A DNA stretch of 64,000 nucleotides from assembly GCA_035193785.1 (NCBI GenBank), contig CP136572.1:4212578-4276577 (forward strand), read 5' to 3'. The position numbers and the translations under genes were made by a program. Below, one piece after another: positions 45,637-56,810 of this stretch; the first letter of the stretch is position 1, and each line of letters opens with the position of its first letter. Source of the DNA: Planktothrix sp. GU0601_MAG3. GTDB lineage: Bacteria > Cyanobacteriota > Cyanobacteriia > Cyanobacteriales > Microcoleaceae. The notes beneath the pieces are model-generated. The model was not told the origin of the DNA. It did not search any database and was given only the letters and a program-made list of their open reading frames with translations.

Positions 45637-46443
45637 TTAATTGTGAATGCTTAATATCTGCGACCAAGTTTGTAACTTTTGTAATTCTGTAATATGGGTA
45701 AGGTTATATTGTAGGGGAGTGATGGTGATCAGATTTTGACGTAAAGCATGAACATCCGTCATCCATTCATCCAGGTCGGAGGGTTCATTTAGGAGTTCCA
45801 CATCCTCCATTAATTCTCCAGTTAACCAATAATAGGTTTTTCCCCGGGGGTCAATGCGTTTTTCCAAAATATCCAGATAACGGCGAATTCCTTGGCGGGT
45901 AATCTTCACCCCCTGAATATGTTGGGATGGAACACCTGGGACATTAACATTTAGTAACATCGCTTCCGGTAGGGGATGTTTTTCTAGGCTGTTAATTAAT
46001 TTTTGGGCAAATTCCACCGCCGCCTGAAAGTCCCGGGAGGAATAACTGCCTAAACTAAAAGCAATACTGGGAATTCCTTGGATTAACCCTTCCATGGCCG
46101 CCGAAACCGTACCGGAGTACAGAATATCCGTGGCCACGTTCGGCCCATGATTAATTCCGGCTAAAACCAAATCCGGCGGGGTTTCCATCACCCCAAATAG
46201 TCCCACTTTCACCGAGTCGGCGGGGGTTCCCGAACAGGCCCAAGCCTTTACGGACGGGGCAAATACGTCCTCGACCTGTTCCGCGCGAATGGGATGGTGT
46301 AAAGTTAAACCATGGCCGGTTGCCGAACGTTCTTGGTCGGGACAAACCACGGTGACATCATGCCCGACTTGGGCTAAACCATTGGCTAAACTGCGAATTC
46401 CTTGGGCAAAAACCCCATCATCATTACTAATTAATAGTTTCAT
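45637..46443 (-). CDS. surE: 5'/3'-nucleotidase SurE
   Basis: [29 protein letters not shown]. Confidence 0.95.
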   Translation of the reverse strand: MKLLISNDDGVFAQGIRSLANGLAQVGHDVTVVCPDQERSATGHGLTLHHPIRAEQVEDVFAPSVKAWACSGTPADSVKVGLFGVMETPPDLVLAGINHGPNVATDILYSGTVSAAMEGLIQGIPSIAFSLGSYSSRDFQAAVEFAQKLINSLEKHPLPEAMLLNVNVPGVPSQHIQGVKITRQGIRRYLDILEKRIDPRGKTYYWLTGELMEDVELLNEPSDLDEWMTDVHALRQNLITITPLQYNLTHITELQKLQTWSQILSIHN

Positions 46444-46649
46444 TGAGTTAAATTGATTAAGAGAGGGAAATATACTTTCGGGACAAAAGGATTATTTTAG
46501 CTGTCAAAAAATTCACAAAATCCATCACTTCTTGTTGTTTTTCTTGAGGTAAAGAACGCCACTTTTCTAATAATTTTTGTTCCTGAATCATGGGGTTTTG
46601 GATTTACAACTTTAAATATTATAGCAGTTTCTCCTAAATATGTGTTAAA

Positions 46650-46764
46650 TATAGCCCGTCTAAATCATGGGTATAAATCCTTTGAGTCTTCTAGCCAATA
46701 TCGGCACGGGGTTAGAATTAATCTCGGAATTATTTGTACTTACAATCCATTTAGACTTACTATA
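46650..46764. mobile_element. MITE-like element with TATAG..GTCTAAAT terminal inverted repeats
   Basis: TATAGCCCGTCTAAAT...ATTTAGACTTACTATA, TA at both ends, no ORF. Confidence 0.55.
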
Positions 46765-46813
46765 GAAGCAATGAATTAATTTTCAATATTCATCCTCTAA
46801 TCTGAATCTTGCC

Positions 46814-47233
46814 ATGCTTAAGCAATTTTTAATAGGCTCAGTTTTGATTGCCAGTGCCCTTTTCAGTGGTGAAGCCAACGCTTCTACTATTACCTATGAT
46901 TTTACTGTAAATGTGAGGGCTGGAGCGTTGAGTGGCAAATCGTTTAATGGTACGTTTAGTTATGATGATTCCTCATTAACAGGGAGTGGGGTTGAGGAAT
47001 TGGGGGTAAATCAAGGATTAACGGTTTGCATGAATTTTTTTGGACTAAACTATAACGAAACCGAAGATAGTAGCTATCCAATGTTGCCCAAACTTATATT
47101 TGAAAATGGTTTAATCAAACAACTGGATTTTTGGATAGAGCCGAATAAACGAGTGAATTGGTGGAATGAATCAGGATGGGAAGTAACTCTATCTCCGGCT
47201 AAAAATTCTGCTTCTAGCAATTGTAAGAATTAG
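46814..47233 (+). CDS. Secreted hypothetical protein (resembles PEP-CTERM protein bodies, no sorting tail)
   Basis: Signal peptide (ANA|S), YDFTV..GTFSYDDS; no VPEP-TM tail. Confidence 0.65.
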   Translation: MLKQFLIGSVLIASALFSGEANASTITYDFTVNVRAGALSGKSFNGTFSYDDSSLTGSGVEELGVNQGLTVCMNFFGLNYNETEDSSYPMLPKLIFENGLIKQLDFWIEPNKRVNWWNESGWEVTLSPAKNSASSNCKN

Positions 47234-47475
47234 AGAAGTATCAAGCTAAAATCCGACCTAAATCCGTAGATTTAATCTACTTTGTTCAAGGGATTTTTGC
47301 AAAAATATTGTTCGTATAATTAGGCAAAAAATAAAAGTTGAAGATAATTCTCTATTTTTTTAACCGCTTTTTTAACAAGAGAGTGATCAGTAAAGGAGAA
47401 CAAATTAAGTTAAACTCAACAAAGGTAGGAGAATTTAATCCTCTAGCCAATTTCAATAGTCTATATAATTATGAT

Positions 47476-48478
47476 ATGGCAACTCAACTTAGTGAATTAG
47501 AAACCCAACTCGAAGACCTCCGTACCGAGGGAACAGAAGTGATCGCAACTTCTCAAACCCTAGACGAATTAGAACAGTTGCGAATTAACTATTTAGGCAA
47601 AAAAGGCAAAGTTTCCGTGGTTTTAGGGGGTATGGGAAAACTCGACCCCAGCGAACGTCCCCGCATTGGAGCTTTAGCCAACGAAGTCAAAAAAGCCCTA
47701 GAAACGGGTTTAGAGGATAAACGCACCGCCCTCCAACGCGCCCAACTCGAGGCCCAACTGCAATCAGAAACCCTAGATGTCACCATGCCGGGGGTCTATC
47801 ATTCCCAGGGCAGAATTCATCCCCTGAATGGCATTATTGATCGGGCTTTGGATATATTTGTCGGGTTGGGATATACCGTGGCTTCTGGCCCGGAAATGGA
47901 AACGGACTATTATAATTTTGAAGCCTTAAATACCCCCCCTGACCACCCCGCCCGGGATATGCAGGATACCTTTTATTTACCCGATGGTAACTTATTAAGA
48001 ACCCATACCTCCTCGGTGCAAATTCGCTACATGGAAGAACACCAACCCCCCATCCGCATTGTCGCCCCGGGTCGGGTTTATCGTCGGGATACGGTGGATG
48101 CTACCCATGCGGCGGTGTTCCATCAAATTGAACTCTTAGCCATTGAAGAAGGTCTACAATTTACCGATTTAAAAGGCACAATTAAAGAGTTTTTGCGCCA
48201 AATGTTCGGGGATTTACCCGTGCGGTTTCGGGCTAGTTATTTCCCCTTTACTGAAACCCTCGGCTGAAGTGGATTTACAATGGCAGGGAAAATGGTTAGA
48301 AGTGTTAGGATGTGGCATGGTTGATCCGAATGTGTTAAAAGCGGCCGGATATGACCCGGAAAAATACACCGGATTTGCGGCGGGTTTTGGTGTAGAACGG
48401 TTCGCCATGGTTTTACATCAAATTGACGATATTCGGCGGGTTTATGCCAGCGATTTACGCTTTTTACGTCAGTTCTAA
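47476..48478 (+). CDS. pheS: Phenylalanine--tRNA ligase alpha subunit (frameshift at 48253-48257)
   Basis: [30 protein letters not shown] (restored), [15 protein letters not shown]. Confidence 0.96.
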
Positions 48479-48507
48479 TTGTTAAAATTGAGTGTGGTTA
48501 ATGAGGA

Positions 48508-49170
48508 GTGAAATTAATGAATAATTTTGTATTGAGGAGTCGGTCTTTTCGGGTTTTAGCATTAGTTGTATTAGCGGTGATGGGGAGTCAATTACCCACC
48601 TTGGCAACGATACATACTAAACCCCCGACAACAAATTCAGAAACACAAATAGCCCAAAACCGTTCTAGTTTGTGCCGAGTTATTGGGGAACAACAGGGGT
48701 TAGCGGTTCATTCTCGACCGACTCCAACCTCCCCAGTAGTTGGGGGTGTGGGGTTTAAAACGGAAGTAACTTTAGCTAATAATTCCGGCGGGACTCGTGG
48801 CCCCGATGGTCGCACCTGGGTAGAAATTTCTGCCCCGATTAAGGGTTATATTTCTAATGGTTTTCCCGATAGAAGTGGAAATTTGCAGGACTGTTCGGGT
48901 CAAGCACAAAAACCCGAACCTCCAACAACAACACCCCAAGGTCTGTGTCGTCAAATTGATTTTGCCGCCGCCCCCAATGGGGTTGTGGTACGGGAAAAAC
49001 CCTCGCGACTTTCTGACCGGGTTGGGGGTGTGGCTTCAGGGGCTAGAGTTAGACTGATGCAGAATTATAAGTTAATTCCTGATCCGAATGGAGAAAAACG
49101 CGACTGGGTGGGAATTAGTGAACCCGAGGAAGGATATATCTCGGCTAACACTTTGATTATGTGTCGCTAA
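48508..49170 (+). CDS. Secreted protein with two SH3b-like repeats
   Basis: Signal peptide; two repeats each ending WV.IS.P..GYIS and bounded by Cys. Confidence 0.7.
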   Translation: MKLMNNFVLRSRSFRVLALVVLAVMGSQLPTLATIHTKPPTTNSETQIAQNRSSLCRVIGEQQGLAVHSRPTPTSPVVGGVGFKTEVTLANNSGGTRGPDGRTWVEISAPIKGYISNGFPDRSGNLQDCSGQAQKPEPPTTTPQGLCRQIDFAAAPNGVVVREKPSRLSDRVGGVASGARVRLMQNYKLIPDPNGEKRDWVGISEPEEGYISANTLIMCR

Positions 49171-49172
49171 TA

Positions 49173-49198
49173 GTAGAGACGTGCCATGGCGCGTCTCT
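49173..49198. repeat. GTAG-type REP-like palindrome
   Basis: GTAGAGACGTGCCATGGCGCGTCTCT. Confidence 0.8.
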
Positions 49199-49271
49199 CT
49201 ATATTTAACTCTCTATATTTTACTATATTTAACCACAAAGACACAAAGGCACAAAGATATTATAACGGGAT

Positions 49272-50519
49272 TCAAGTTTTTTGAATAAGTTGGAAAAAAT
49301 CACCTAATAAATATAATGATCCACAAATAACTGGTAAGGTATTTTTATCTTTAATAGCAGTATCTAAAGCTGAAATTAATGTGGGATAGGTTTGACAATT
49401 CTTTAAATCGGGACATAAACTTTTGGCTAGGGTTGCTAACTGTTGGGGGTCTGCATAAGGATGATTAGGAATAGGAACTAAATATAATTGATCACCGGGT
49501 CTTAATAGGGCTTTAAAAATATTGGTGTGATCTTTTGTTGATAACATTCCCATCACCCAACTAATAGATGAAACCTCTAAACTATCCACATATTGACGTA
49601 AAGCCATGGCGGCGGCGGGGTTATGGGCTCCATCAATTAATAGGCGATGCTGTTTCCAGGTAATCCATTGCAGACGTCCTGGCCATTGAGCTTTTTCCAT
49701 TCCTTGAATTAGAGCATTTTCGGAAATTTCCCATCCTTGTTGACGTATAATTTGGATAGTAGCGATCGCGATCGCCGAATTAATTAACTGTATTTCTCCA
49801 AATAGGGGTAAAGGGTATTCTAAACCTTGATAATTAGCCGTTTGTTGCATACCGTTTTGCTTGACCCAAACCGCAGGTTTAACCCACGTTACCTGGGCGT
49901 TTAATTCCGTCGCCCGTTGTTGAATAACTTGTTGAGCATCCGGGGGTAAAATCCCCACGACAACGGCGGATTTAGGTTTAATAATTCCCGCCTTTTCAAA
50001 AGCGATTTCTGCTATTGTTGACCCCAGATATTCTTGATGGTCTAAACCAATGGAAGTAATCACACTAACCAAGGGATGATCACAAACATTGGTGGCGTCT
50101 AAACGTCCCCCTAACCCCACTTCCATCACCGCCATATCTACTTTTTGTTGAGCGAAATATAACCAAGCTGCAACCGTAACCATTTCAAATAAAGTCGGGG
50201 GAACTTCATCGGGAAAAATGGCATTTTCTACCTCTTGTAAAACCTGTAAAAAATCCGATTCTGAAATCGGTTGTTCATTAATAGATAAACGTTCTGTCCA
50301 ATCAACTAAATGGGGGGAAATATAGCGTCCAACTCGATAACCCCCCTGGGATAAAATAGAAGACAGGTAAGCACAAACCGAACCCTTTCCATTAGTTCCA
50401 GCTACATGAATAATAGGAATATTTAGGTGAGGATTTCCCAAGCGTTCCAATAAATTCTTAATCCGTTCTAAGCCTAAATTAATCCCAAATTGTTGATATT
50501 TTTGTAAAAAGTTTTCCAT
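49272..50519 (-). CDS. folC: Folylpolyglutamate/dihydrofolate synthase
   Basis: HVAGTNGKGS, EVGLGGRLDATN, WPGR, DGAHN, GSLYL. Confidence 0.95.
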   Translation of the reverse strand: MENFLQKYQQFGINLGLERIKNLLERLGNPHLNIPIIHVAGTNGKGSVCAYLSSILSQGGYRVGRYISPHLVDWTERLSINEQPISESDFLQVLQEVENAIFPDEVPPTLFEMVTVAAWLYFAQQKVDMAVMEVGLGGRLDATNVCDHPLVSVITSIGLDHQEYLGSTIAEIAFEKAGIIKPKSAVVVGILPPDAQQVIQQRATELNAQVTWVKPAVWVKQNGMQQTANYQGLEYPLPLFGEIQLINSAIAIATIQIIRQQGWEISENALIQGMEKAQWPGRLQWITWKQHRLLIDGAHNPAAAMALRQYVDSLEVSSISWVMGMLSTKDHTNIFKALLRPGDQLYLVPIPNHPYADPQQLATLAKSLCPDLKNCQTYPTLISALDTAIKDKNTLPVICGSLYLLGDFFQLIQKT

Positions 50520-50528
50520 ATTTATTAT

Positions 50529-50951
50529 TTATATTTCATCAGCAATTATTAAATCAATCATTTCCTGCTGATTTTTGCGATAAATTCTAAAATCACTATC
50601 TAAGGTTAATATAGAACTCCCTGGAATTAATTCACTCATTCTGACTAAACAAGCATCGGCTAAAGACATCGGTACATTCTGATAACGCTGCATTAAATTT
50701 CCAATAGCTGCAATTTCTTCTGTTAAATGAAAAGGTATTTTAATCACTCCCGATTTCAATAAAGCAATGACAGCTTCCTCCCCTCCATAGATTCTATGCA
50801 GTAAAAAACACGCTTCAGAAATAACCGCTTCACAAGTGAATAATGGAGGAACTAAGGTTTTCCAAATCTGTACCGACCAACCATGAAAGCGATCGCTTTT
50901 ATCAATTAGAGCAACTAAAGGACTGGTATCTAAAATAATTGATGGCTTCAT
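50529..50951 (-). CDS. PIN-domain (VapC-like) toxin
   Basis: ILDTS, VISE, SLADA, LTLDSDF acidic PIN motifs. Confidence 0.9.
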   Translation of the reverse strand: MKPSIILDTSPLVALIDKSDRFHGWSVQIWKTLVPPLFTCEAVISEACFLLHRIYGGEEAVIALLKSGVIKIPFHLTEEIAAIGNLMQRYQNVPMSLADACLVRMSELIPGSSILTLDSDFRIYRKNQQEMIDLIIADEI

Positions 50952-51205
50952 TTTGCTGAAACACCCTCCAGATAAGTTTTATTATAGGATAAATCACCGA
51001 TTCCACTCTCCACACATCCTACCCACTGTTTAGCAACTTCATAGGCTGAAATCTGTTGTTGTTCTGCTTCTGGAGGTTGAATTTCTGGTTTTTGGGCTTT
51101 AAAATGCAAGAATTCAATAAAATTAATTACTTCCTCCTGTTGTTGAAGCGATAAGGTTTTAATCATCTCGATAATGGCTTCTGCTTGAGTAATAGTTTGA
51201 GTCAT
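50948..51205 (-). CDS. DUF2281-like antitoxin
   Basis: L...QQEEVINFIEFL; ATGA overlap with the PIN gene; GGAG SD before MTQTIT. Confidence 0.75.
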   Translation of the reverse strand: MTQTITQAEAIIEMIKTLSLQQQEEVINFIEFLHFKAQKPEIQPPEAEQQQISAYEVAKQWVGCVESGIGDLSYNKTYLEGVSAK

Positions 51206-51447
51206 GATCTTCTCCCGTAGTTGATAATAATATAAAATTGCTATATTTAATTCATTATAACGTATCTCTACTAGAAAATCGCTCAATCCAAATGAGTTAG
51301 TTAATTTAATCGGGTAGAAATTCAGCATCGAGGGTGCTTAGAGCTTACCATTGATACCTCCTTTGAGAGTTAAGAGGATTAGGGACTATTCTATTAATTT
51401 ATAACTGAAAAAGGCGCGTCAAACGCACCCTATAAATTGATGATTCG

Positions 51448-51532
51448 TATAGCAGTCGCGGCTGTAAAACAAGACATGAAATAATACTCAAACCCAGAAG
51501 GTTAAGTGTTTAATTAACTGTTGCCTGCTATA
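51448..51532. mobile_element. Short MITE-like element with TATAGCAG/CTGCTATA ends
   Basis: 8-bp perfect terminal IR with weaker pairing further in, 15 bp beyond the tRNA 3' end. Confidence 0.45.
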
Positions 51533-51547
51533 TTTATTTGTTAGGTA

Positions 51548-51895
51548 TGGGGGCGGTGGGACTTGAACCCACACGACCGGATAAGGGTCAACGGATTTTC
51601 ATTCTCCTGTAGCTTTCGCTACTACCAATTGGCGTTGAGAATTGGACTCTCTCTTTACCCTCGGCTTTACGTTAGGGTAGCTCCCGTCGAGTCTCTGCAC
51701 CTTCCTAGGTATTTATATCAGACTGGGGAAAATTCCCTCGTTTCTAACACCCCTAGGCTTGGCTCAGGATTGCCTTGACTGAAATTAATCAGATTTAGGT
51801 TTCCCTGAATTTGACAGCTTACACTTGAGAGATTTCTCGCCTCAAGGCTCAATTTATCTTTAAGTCCGTAGCGTCTACCATTCCGCCACGCCCCC
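51548..51895 (-). tRNA. trnL: tRNA-Leu(UAA); exons 51895-51862 and 51599-51548; CCA not encoded
   Basis: GGGGGCGTGGCGGAATGGTAGACGCTACGGACTT / AAAATCCGT...GGTTCAAGTCCCACCGCCCCCA; acceptor stem pairs; anticodon UAA after splicing. Confidence 0.97.
51600..51861 (-). ncRNA. Group I self-splicing intron (262 nt) in the tRNA-Leu anticodon
   Basis: Inserted after U34, ends in G; conserved AATTCAGGGAAACCTAA, GCAATCCTGAGCCAAG, GTGCAGAGACTCGACGGGAG, AGAGAGAGTCC blocks. Confidence 0.95.
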
Positions 51896-52122
51896 GTATT
51901 GGGTTATGTGTTGATTCGTTTTTGAATTTTCACATTTCTACATCTAAGCATTTTATTTTGATTTATGCAAGGGTTTTGAGAAAGTTTTTTTTCAAGACGG
52001 GCTGAAATGTTCTGCTGTCGGCATTTTTGGCCCTTGGGAAAAGACGATAATTTCACAACCCCTTAACAATCCGGGACTGGGGCGGTAAACTAAGATTGAG
52101 TTCACCCAAACTTGAAAATATT

Positions 52123-52321
52123 ATGATTTTGCCAGGTTCCGCCGTGCGAGTCACGAACCCTATTGATACTTACTACGGTTTCCAAGGTCTAGTTCAACGA
52201 GTCTGCGACGGGAAAGTCGCTGTTTCTGTTTGAAGGAGGCAACTGGGATAAACTGGTCACTTTCAGACGTTCTGAACTAGAAGCTATTGATACCACTGCT
52301 GGACGCAAAGGCAAAAAGTAA
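52123..52321 (+). CDS. ndhS: NDH-1 subunit S (frameshift at 52222-52226; not in ORF track)
   Basis: [46 protein letters not shown] after correction. Confidence 0.92.
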
Positions 52322-52430
52322 TTACGAATTACGAATTACGAATTACGAATTACGAATTACGAATTACGAATGGGGAATTACGAATTACGAATGGGGAATT
52401 ACGAATTACGAATTACGAATTACGAATGGG
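52320..52430. repeat. Heptamer tandem repeat (AATTACG)n with AATGGGG variants
   Basis: About 15 units read directly. Confidence 0.92.
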
Positions 52431-52447
52431 TAATAGCAAAAGTTTAC

Positions 52448-52595
52448 CTCCCCTACTCCCCCTACTCCCCCTGCTCCCCCTGCTCCCCCTGCTGCTCCCC
52501 CTGCTTCCCCTGCTCCCCCTGCTCCCCCTGCCTCCCCTGCTCCCCCTGCTCCCCCTGCTCCCCCTGCTCCCCTGCTCCCCCTGCTCCTCTCCCCT
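52448..52595. repeat. Nonamer tandem repeat (CTCCCCCTG)n
   Basis: About 15 units read directly. Confidence 0.9.
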
Positions 52596-52600
52596 CTCTT

Positions 52601-53267
52601 ATGCGTCTCCCCTTTCCTGTATTTTCAACTTCTGCCCGTTCTCAACAACATATTGGTGAGGTAATTGAAACGGCGACCACGGAATATTTGGCCCAATGTT
52701 TGGAACCGGAGGATTTGAGTTTTCCGGTGATGCCTGCCTTTGGCAGTTGGGTTAAATCCCGGGATGAGGAGTCGGGAAATAAGGTTTATGGGGTAGTTTA
52801 TCATGCCACAACTAGCCCAATTGATTCGGTGCACCGGGCGAGGGCGCTAGGATTAAGTTTAGACGAATTGCGAGAACAGCAACCGCAAATTTTTGCGATG
52901 TTAAAAACGGAATTTCGGGTGGCAATTGTGGGGTTTGAGTTGGCGGGTGAAGATAATAATTCCCAACCGCAACGGGGCAAAATTTATCAATATATTCCGC
53001 CGCGACCGCCTCAAATTCATCAGGCGGTGTATGAATGTGAACCGGATGAAATTGTGGGTTTTAGTCAGGAATTGGATTTTTTAAGAACCTTATTAGATGT
53101 GAGTAATGCTCCAGTTGATTCTTTGGTAGCGGCGGCAATTCGAGAGGTTTATAAATTCAAAACATTAGAGAGAACATGGTTAATTGAAGCGGGACGAAAC
53201 CCTGAGTATTTTATTAAAAGATGATTACGATCGTCTGCGGGTAATTCTCAAACAAATTCATCCTTGA
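52601..53267 (+). CDS. HAS-barrel domain protein (frameshift at 53196-53200)
   Basis: [26 protein letters not shown]; restored end [19 protein letters not shown]; start at ATG 52601 after the repeats. Confidence 0.75.
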
Positions 53268-53421
53268 TGATGGGGGACTTAAATTGATCCGTCTTCTGTT
53301 ACCTTCGGAATTAAGCAAGTATTAAATAAACTAATTTAGGCAAATGTCATCGGAATACTGCATTTTTTCCTGGGTTAAAAGTAGATTTAACTCTCCTCCG
53401 TGACTCTTGGAGAGAGGAAAG

Positions 53422-54354
53422 TTATCGGTTTGATTGGGTTAAATTTAACAAGTCTAAACAAGAACAGAAAATCTCAGTTTGTTGCTGAAAAACTTCTTCA
53501 GCCGTCAAATTTGATTGAGACTCAGAAATAAAATTAACTTGATCAGAAGCACTTTGATATGTTGTTTGAATTGTCAACATTAGTTTGATAAAATTATCCA
53601 AGTTATCTTTATCTTTGAGTGCCGGGATAATTACATTGCTGGGTAAAGAATCAAGTATTTTAATAAAATCGGCATCTTTTAGGTTTAAGAATGCAGCCTG
53701 AAGTTTCCTATATTTTTGGTTAATCTCCATGCTATCATTGTGTCTATATTCATTAAGCCAATCAGGTTTTACTGACTGTTTTTTCTGAAGAATAGCCAGG
53801 TGATGTCCTGATTCAATAATTTCTATATCAAAACTATCGGGATATACTGACAACCAATTTTTTAAAATAATCTTTTCACTTTCTCGATTGAAGTCATCTA
53901 AAATAACAATACCACCAATACGGAGTTGGTCATAGACTTGATATAAACAGGCTTCTCTTCCTCTTAAGGTATAGAATGGTGGCCCATCTATAATTACGCA
54001 GTCAAAACTAAAGTTTTTTAAGGAAGTATCTTGAGTATAAGCAAAAATCGTACCCAAACCATATTCTTGAAAACTCAAAGGCTGATATTTTAACTCAAAG
54101 AGAGATTCTGGTTGAAGAAATTCTTTAGCAAGCTCTTGAGTTTGATGATAACAGTCTAAATCTGCATCTATTGAGATTATTTTGGTTTGAGGAAAACTTA
54201 AAGCTAGACGGACGGAACTTGCACCGCTACCAAATTCTAAAATATAATTTGGCAAATTAACTTTCTCATTGATCAAGTCAACAATTTTTAGGAATCCTTC
54301 TTCCCCAATCCGCCAAGCCAAATTAAGATTTAACTGATGATTATCAAAATTCAT
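53422..54354 (-). CDS. Class I SAM-dependent methyltransferase-like protein
   Basis: ILEFGSGAS, FDCVIIDGPP, GGIVILDD..R. Confidence 0.8.
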   Translation of the reverse strand: MNFDNHQLNLNLAWRIGEEGFLKIVDLINEKVNLPNYILEFGSGASSVRLALSFPQTKIISIDADLDCYHQTQELAKEFLQPESLFELKYQPLSFQEYGLGTIFAYTQDTSLKNFSFDCVIIDGPPFYTLRGREACLYQVYDQLRIGGIVILDDFNRESEKIILKNWLSVYPDSFDIEIIESGHHLAILQKKQSVKPDWLNEYRHNDSMEINQKYRKLQAAFLNLKDADFIKILDSLPSNVIIPALKDKDNLDNFIKLMLTIQTTYQSASDQVNFISESQSNLTAEEVFQQQTEIFCSCLDLLNLTQSNR

Positions 54355-54661
54355 TAATTTATGGGATCATTAGATCGTAAATAATTGCTTAATTGTATAC
54401 AAATGTATACAAAAAACCTAAATCGGTAATTTTATGGCAATTTTGAAGACAAGCTTTGATTAAAGCTTCCATTATGTTAACATGGATTCGTCTATTTTGG
54501 ATAAAAATCTTGAATATCCTGTGCTGTTAGTTGTTGTTCTCCAATTCACTTGAGGTGATCGGCATCTGTTGCTCAATACTTCTACCTTTTTCAAAGCCAA
54601 AGATAACTTTATTTCGATAGATTAAATCAAGTTCTTACCGATAACCAACAAATCAAATGCT

Positions 54662-55556
54662 ATGAAAAATCCTTTAATTTCTATTATTACTCCCGCTTAT
54701 AAGGCAGAAAACACTATCAACAGAGCCGTGAACAGTGTCATACAACAAGATTTTCTGGATTGGGAAATGATTATTATTAGCGATGATTACCAAAATTATT
54801 CTCAAATTCTTAAAGAAGATCATATCATGGATGAACGCTTACAATTTATTTCAACAAATAAATTTGGTTCGGGTTTCAAGTCATGCCAGAAATAAAGGGT
54901 TAGAGGTTGCTAGAGGAAAGTACATGGCAACCCTAGATGCGGACGATGAATTTAAACCTCAAAAATTATCAAAGATGCTCCCTTTGGTTGAGAGGTATGG
55001 TGCAGCTATTTCTGATATTGAAATTCGAGATCATGATTCTGATCTTTTACTAGAAAAATTCAGTAAGTTACCTAATTATGAGTTTCTTTCTCCAAAAGAC
55101 TTACCATGGGTTTCTGTTCATAGCTCTAGTATTTATTTATATGATGCCACTAAAATACCCAATTTATATTATGATACGGATTTTCCCAGAATGCAGGATT
55201 TTGTTTTTTTAATGTCCTTTTTTAATAACATTGAGTGTATTGGTTTTGAACATGAGCCTTTGCATATTTACTATAAGCGTAAGGGATCTGCTTGTAACTC
55301 TACCGATACCCATGAAACTTTTCATAAATCCAGAAATAAATTGCTGGAAAAAATAAATAATGGTCAAATATCTATTCAAAACAATTTAGCCAAAGCTGAG
55401 TGCATAAAAATCATAAATTTCATATCGGAAACAGATAATATTTACGATCAGGAAATTCTGAAAAATCCCCAAACTGATTGGCTGGAAATTTTTAAAACTA
55501 AAATTCAAGATCGGGATTTTGTAGGATATGCAAATTTTTTGATAAACGAGGTTTGA
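54662..55556 (+). CDS. Glycosyltransferase family 2 (frameshift at 54873-54877)
   Basis: ISIITPAY, ARNKGL..ARG, TLDADD. Confidence 0.85.
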
Positions 55557-55680
55557 AAAAGGTACAAGAACGGTGAAAATTGGTTTTTTTACATCAACTT
55601 GACACCATTACTTTACTATGATAACTTCAGCTTTGGTTGCAAATTCAGTACAATTTACTTTTTAAATCAGAAAAAATCCG

Positions 55681-56788
55681 ATGATTAAAACCTATGTGAG
55701 TAATGCTTTTTTAAAAATCGAAGATTCCCAACTGTATGCTATTTTTGCTTGGAGTCAGCGTACAGCAGAAATTATTACTGTCAAATCGTGGTTAACAATA
55801 TTAGAAATATTTGTTCACGAACATTCTTTAGAAAAAGCTTACCTGATCTTTGAACAAATTAAATCAGCTTCTGTCCCAGAGAAACTGACGGAGGAGTTAG
55901 AGCAATATCAGCATCTGATTGAAAATGCCATAGTGTTTTTAGCCGATGGAAAAATTACAATTTTTGGTAAGGGATTTCGCAGCTTTATCGAAAAGGAAAT
56001 GTTATTTGAACTGGGTGATATTAGTCAAAAAAGTTACCAAGTTCTGACACAATTATTTTTTAACTATCAATTAAAAGATGATTTAGCATCCATTAATACC
56101 CTAGAAGAATTTCGTAATTTAGTAGAACATTTAGAACAACTGGGGTTGATATCTCCGGCTACAAATTCTATAAATTGGGGGGATTTAAAAAAGACTGTTC
56201 CTATTTGTCAAGCCTTTGGTTTAACTAGGGGTACACCAGTAGATAGATATTATCTCAGTCAATATTTAAAAGAAATTCAAACCCAAATTTATGGTAATAT
56301 CCTAGAAATAGGAGGAATCCCAAAAGATAAAGACTTCTATGAAGTTAATCCTGGCACATCCTATCAAATTATGAATATAGAACCCGGTTTGGGAATAGAT
56401 ATAGTGGGTGATGCTCACGATCCATCCATAATTAAACCGGAATCTTTTGATTCAATCGTAATTTTTAATGTTCTGGAACACTGTTATGCGCCTTGGCAAG
56501 TAGTAGAAAATATTTATACTTGGTTAAAACCGGGGGGTAAATGTTTTGCCATGGTTTCCTAGTTCTATCAGACTCCATGCTACACCCATGGACTATTGGC
56601 GGCCCTTACCCGATGCTTTTGCTTGGATGTTTAGAAATTTTTCTCACCAAAAGCTCTATATTTATGGTAATCCTATTACTGTTATTGCTAGTTATCATGG
56701 CATCGCCACTGAGGAACTAACAACCGCAGAACTGGACGCATATCATCCAGATTATCCTGTAGCTACCTGTATCGTAGCCCAGAAATAA
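55681..56788 (+). CDS. Methyltransferase-domain protein with N-terminal extension (frameshift at 56554-56558)
   Basis: FG..RGTPVDRYY, ILEIGG, FDSIVIFNVLEH, LKPGG, DYWR. Confidence 0.8.
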
Positions 56789-56810
56789 AATTTACCCTTT
56801 ATAAATTGCC

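Noticed and set aside
50529..51548. Integrative element at the tRNA-Leu 3' end carrying the TA pair
   Set aside because: No integrase and no duplicated tRNA 3' end found
51563..51778. 71-aa ORF
   Set aside because: Antisense to the tRNA-Leu exon and group I intron
52370..52659. Cys/Pro-rich N-terminal extension (PCSPCS..) and Leu/Pro ORF resembling a metallothionein or RiPP precursor
   Set aside because: Both are read-throughs of the 7-mer and 9-mer DNA repeats; the real gene most likely starts at ATG 52601
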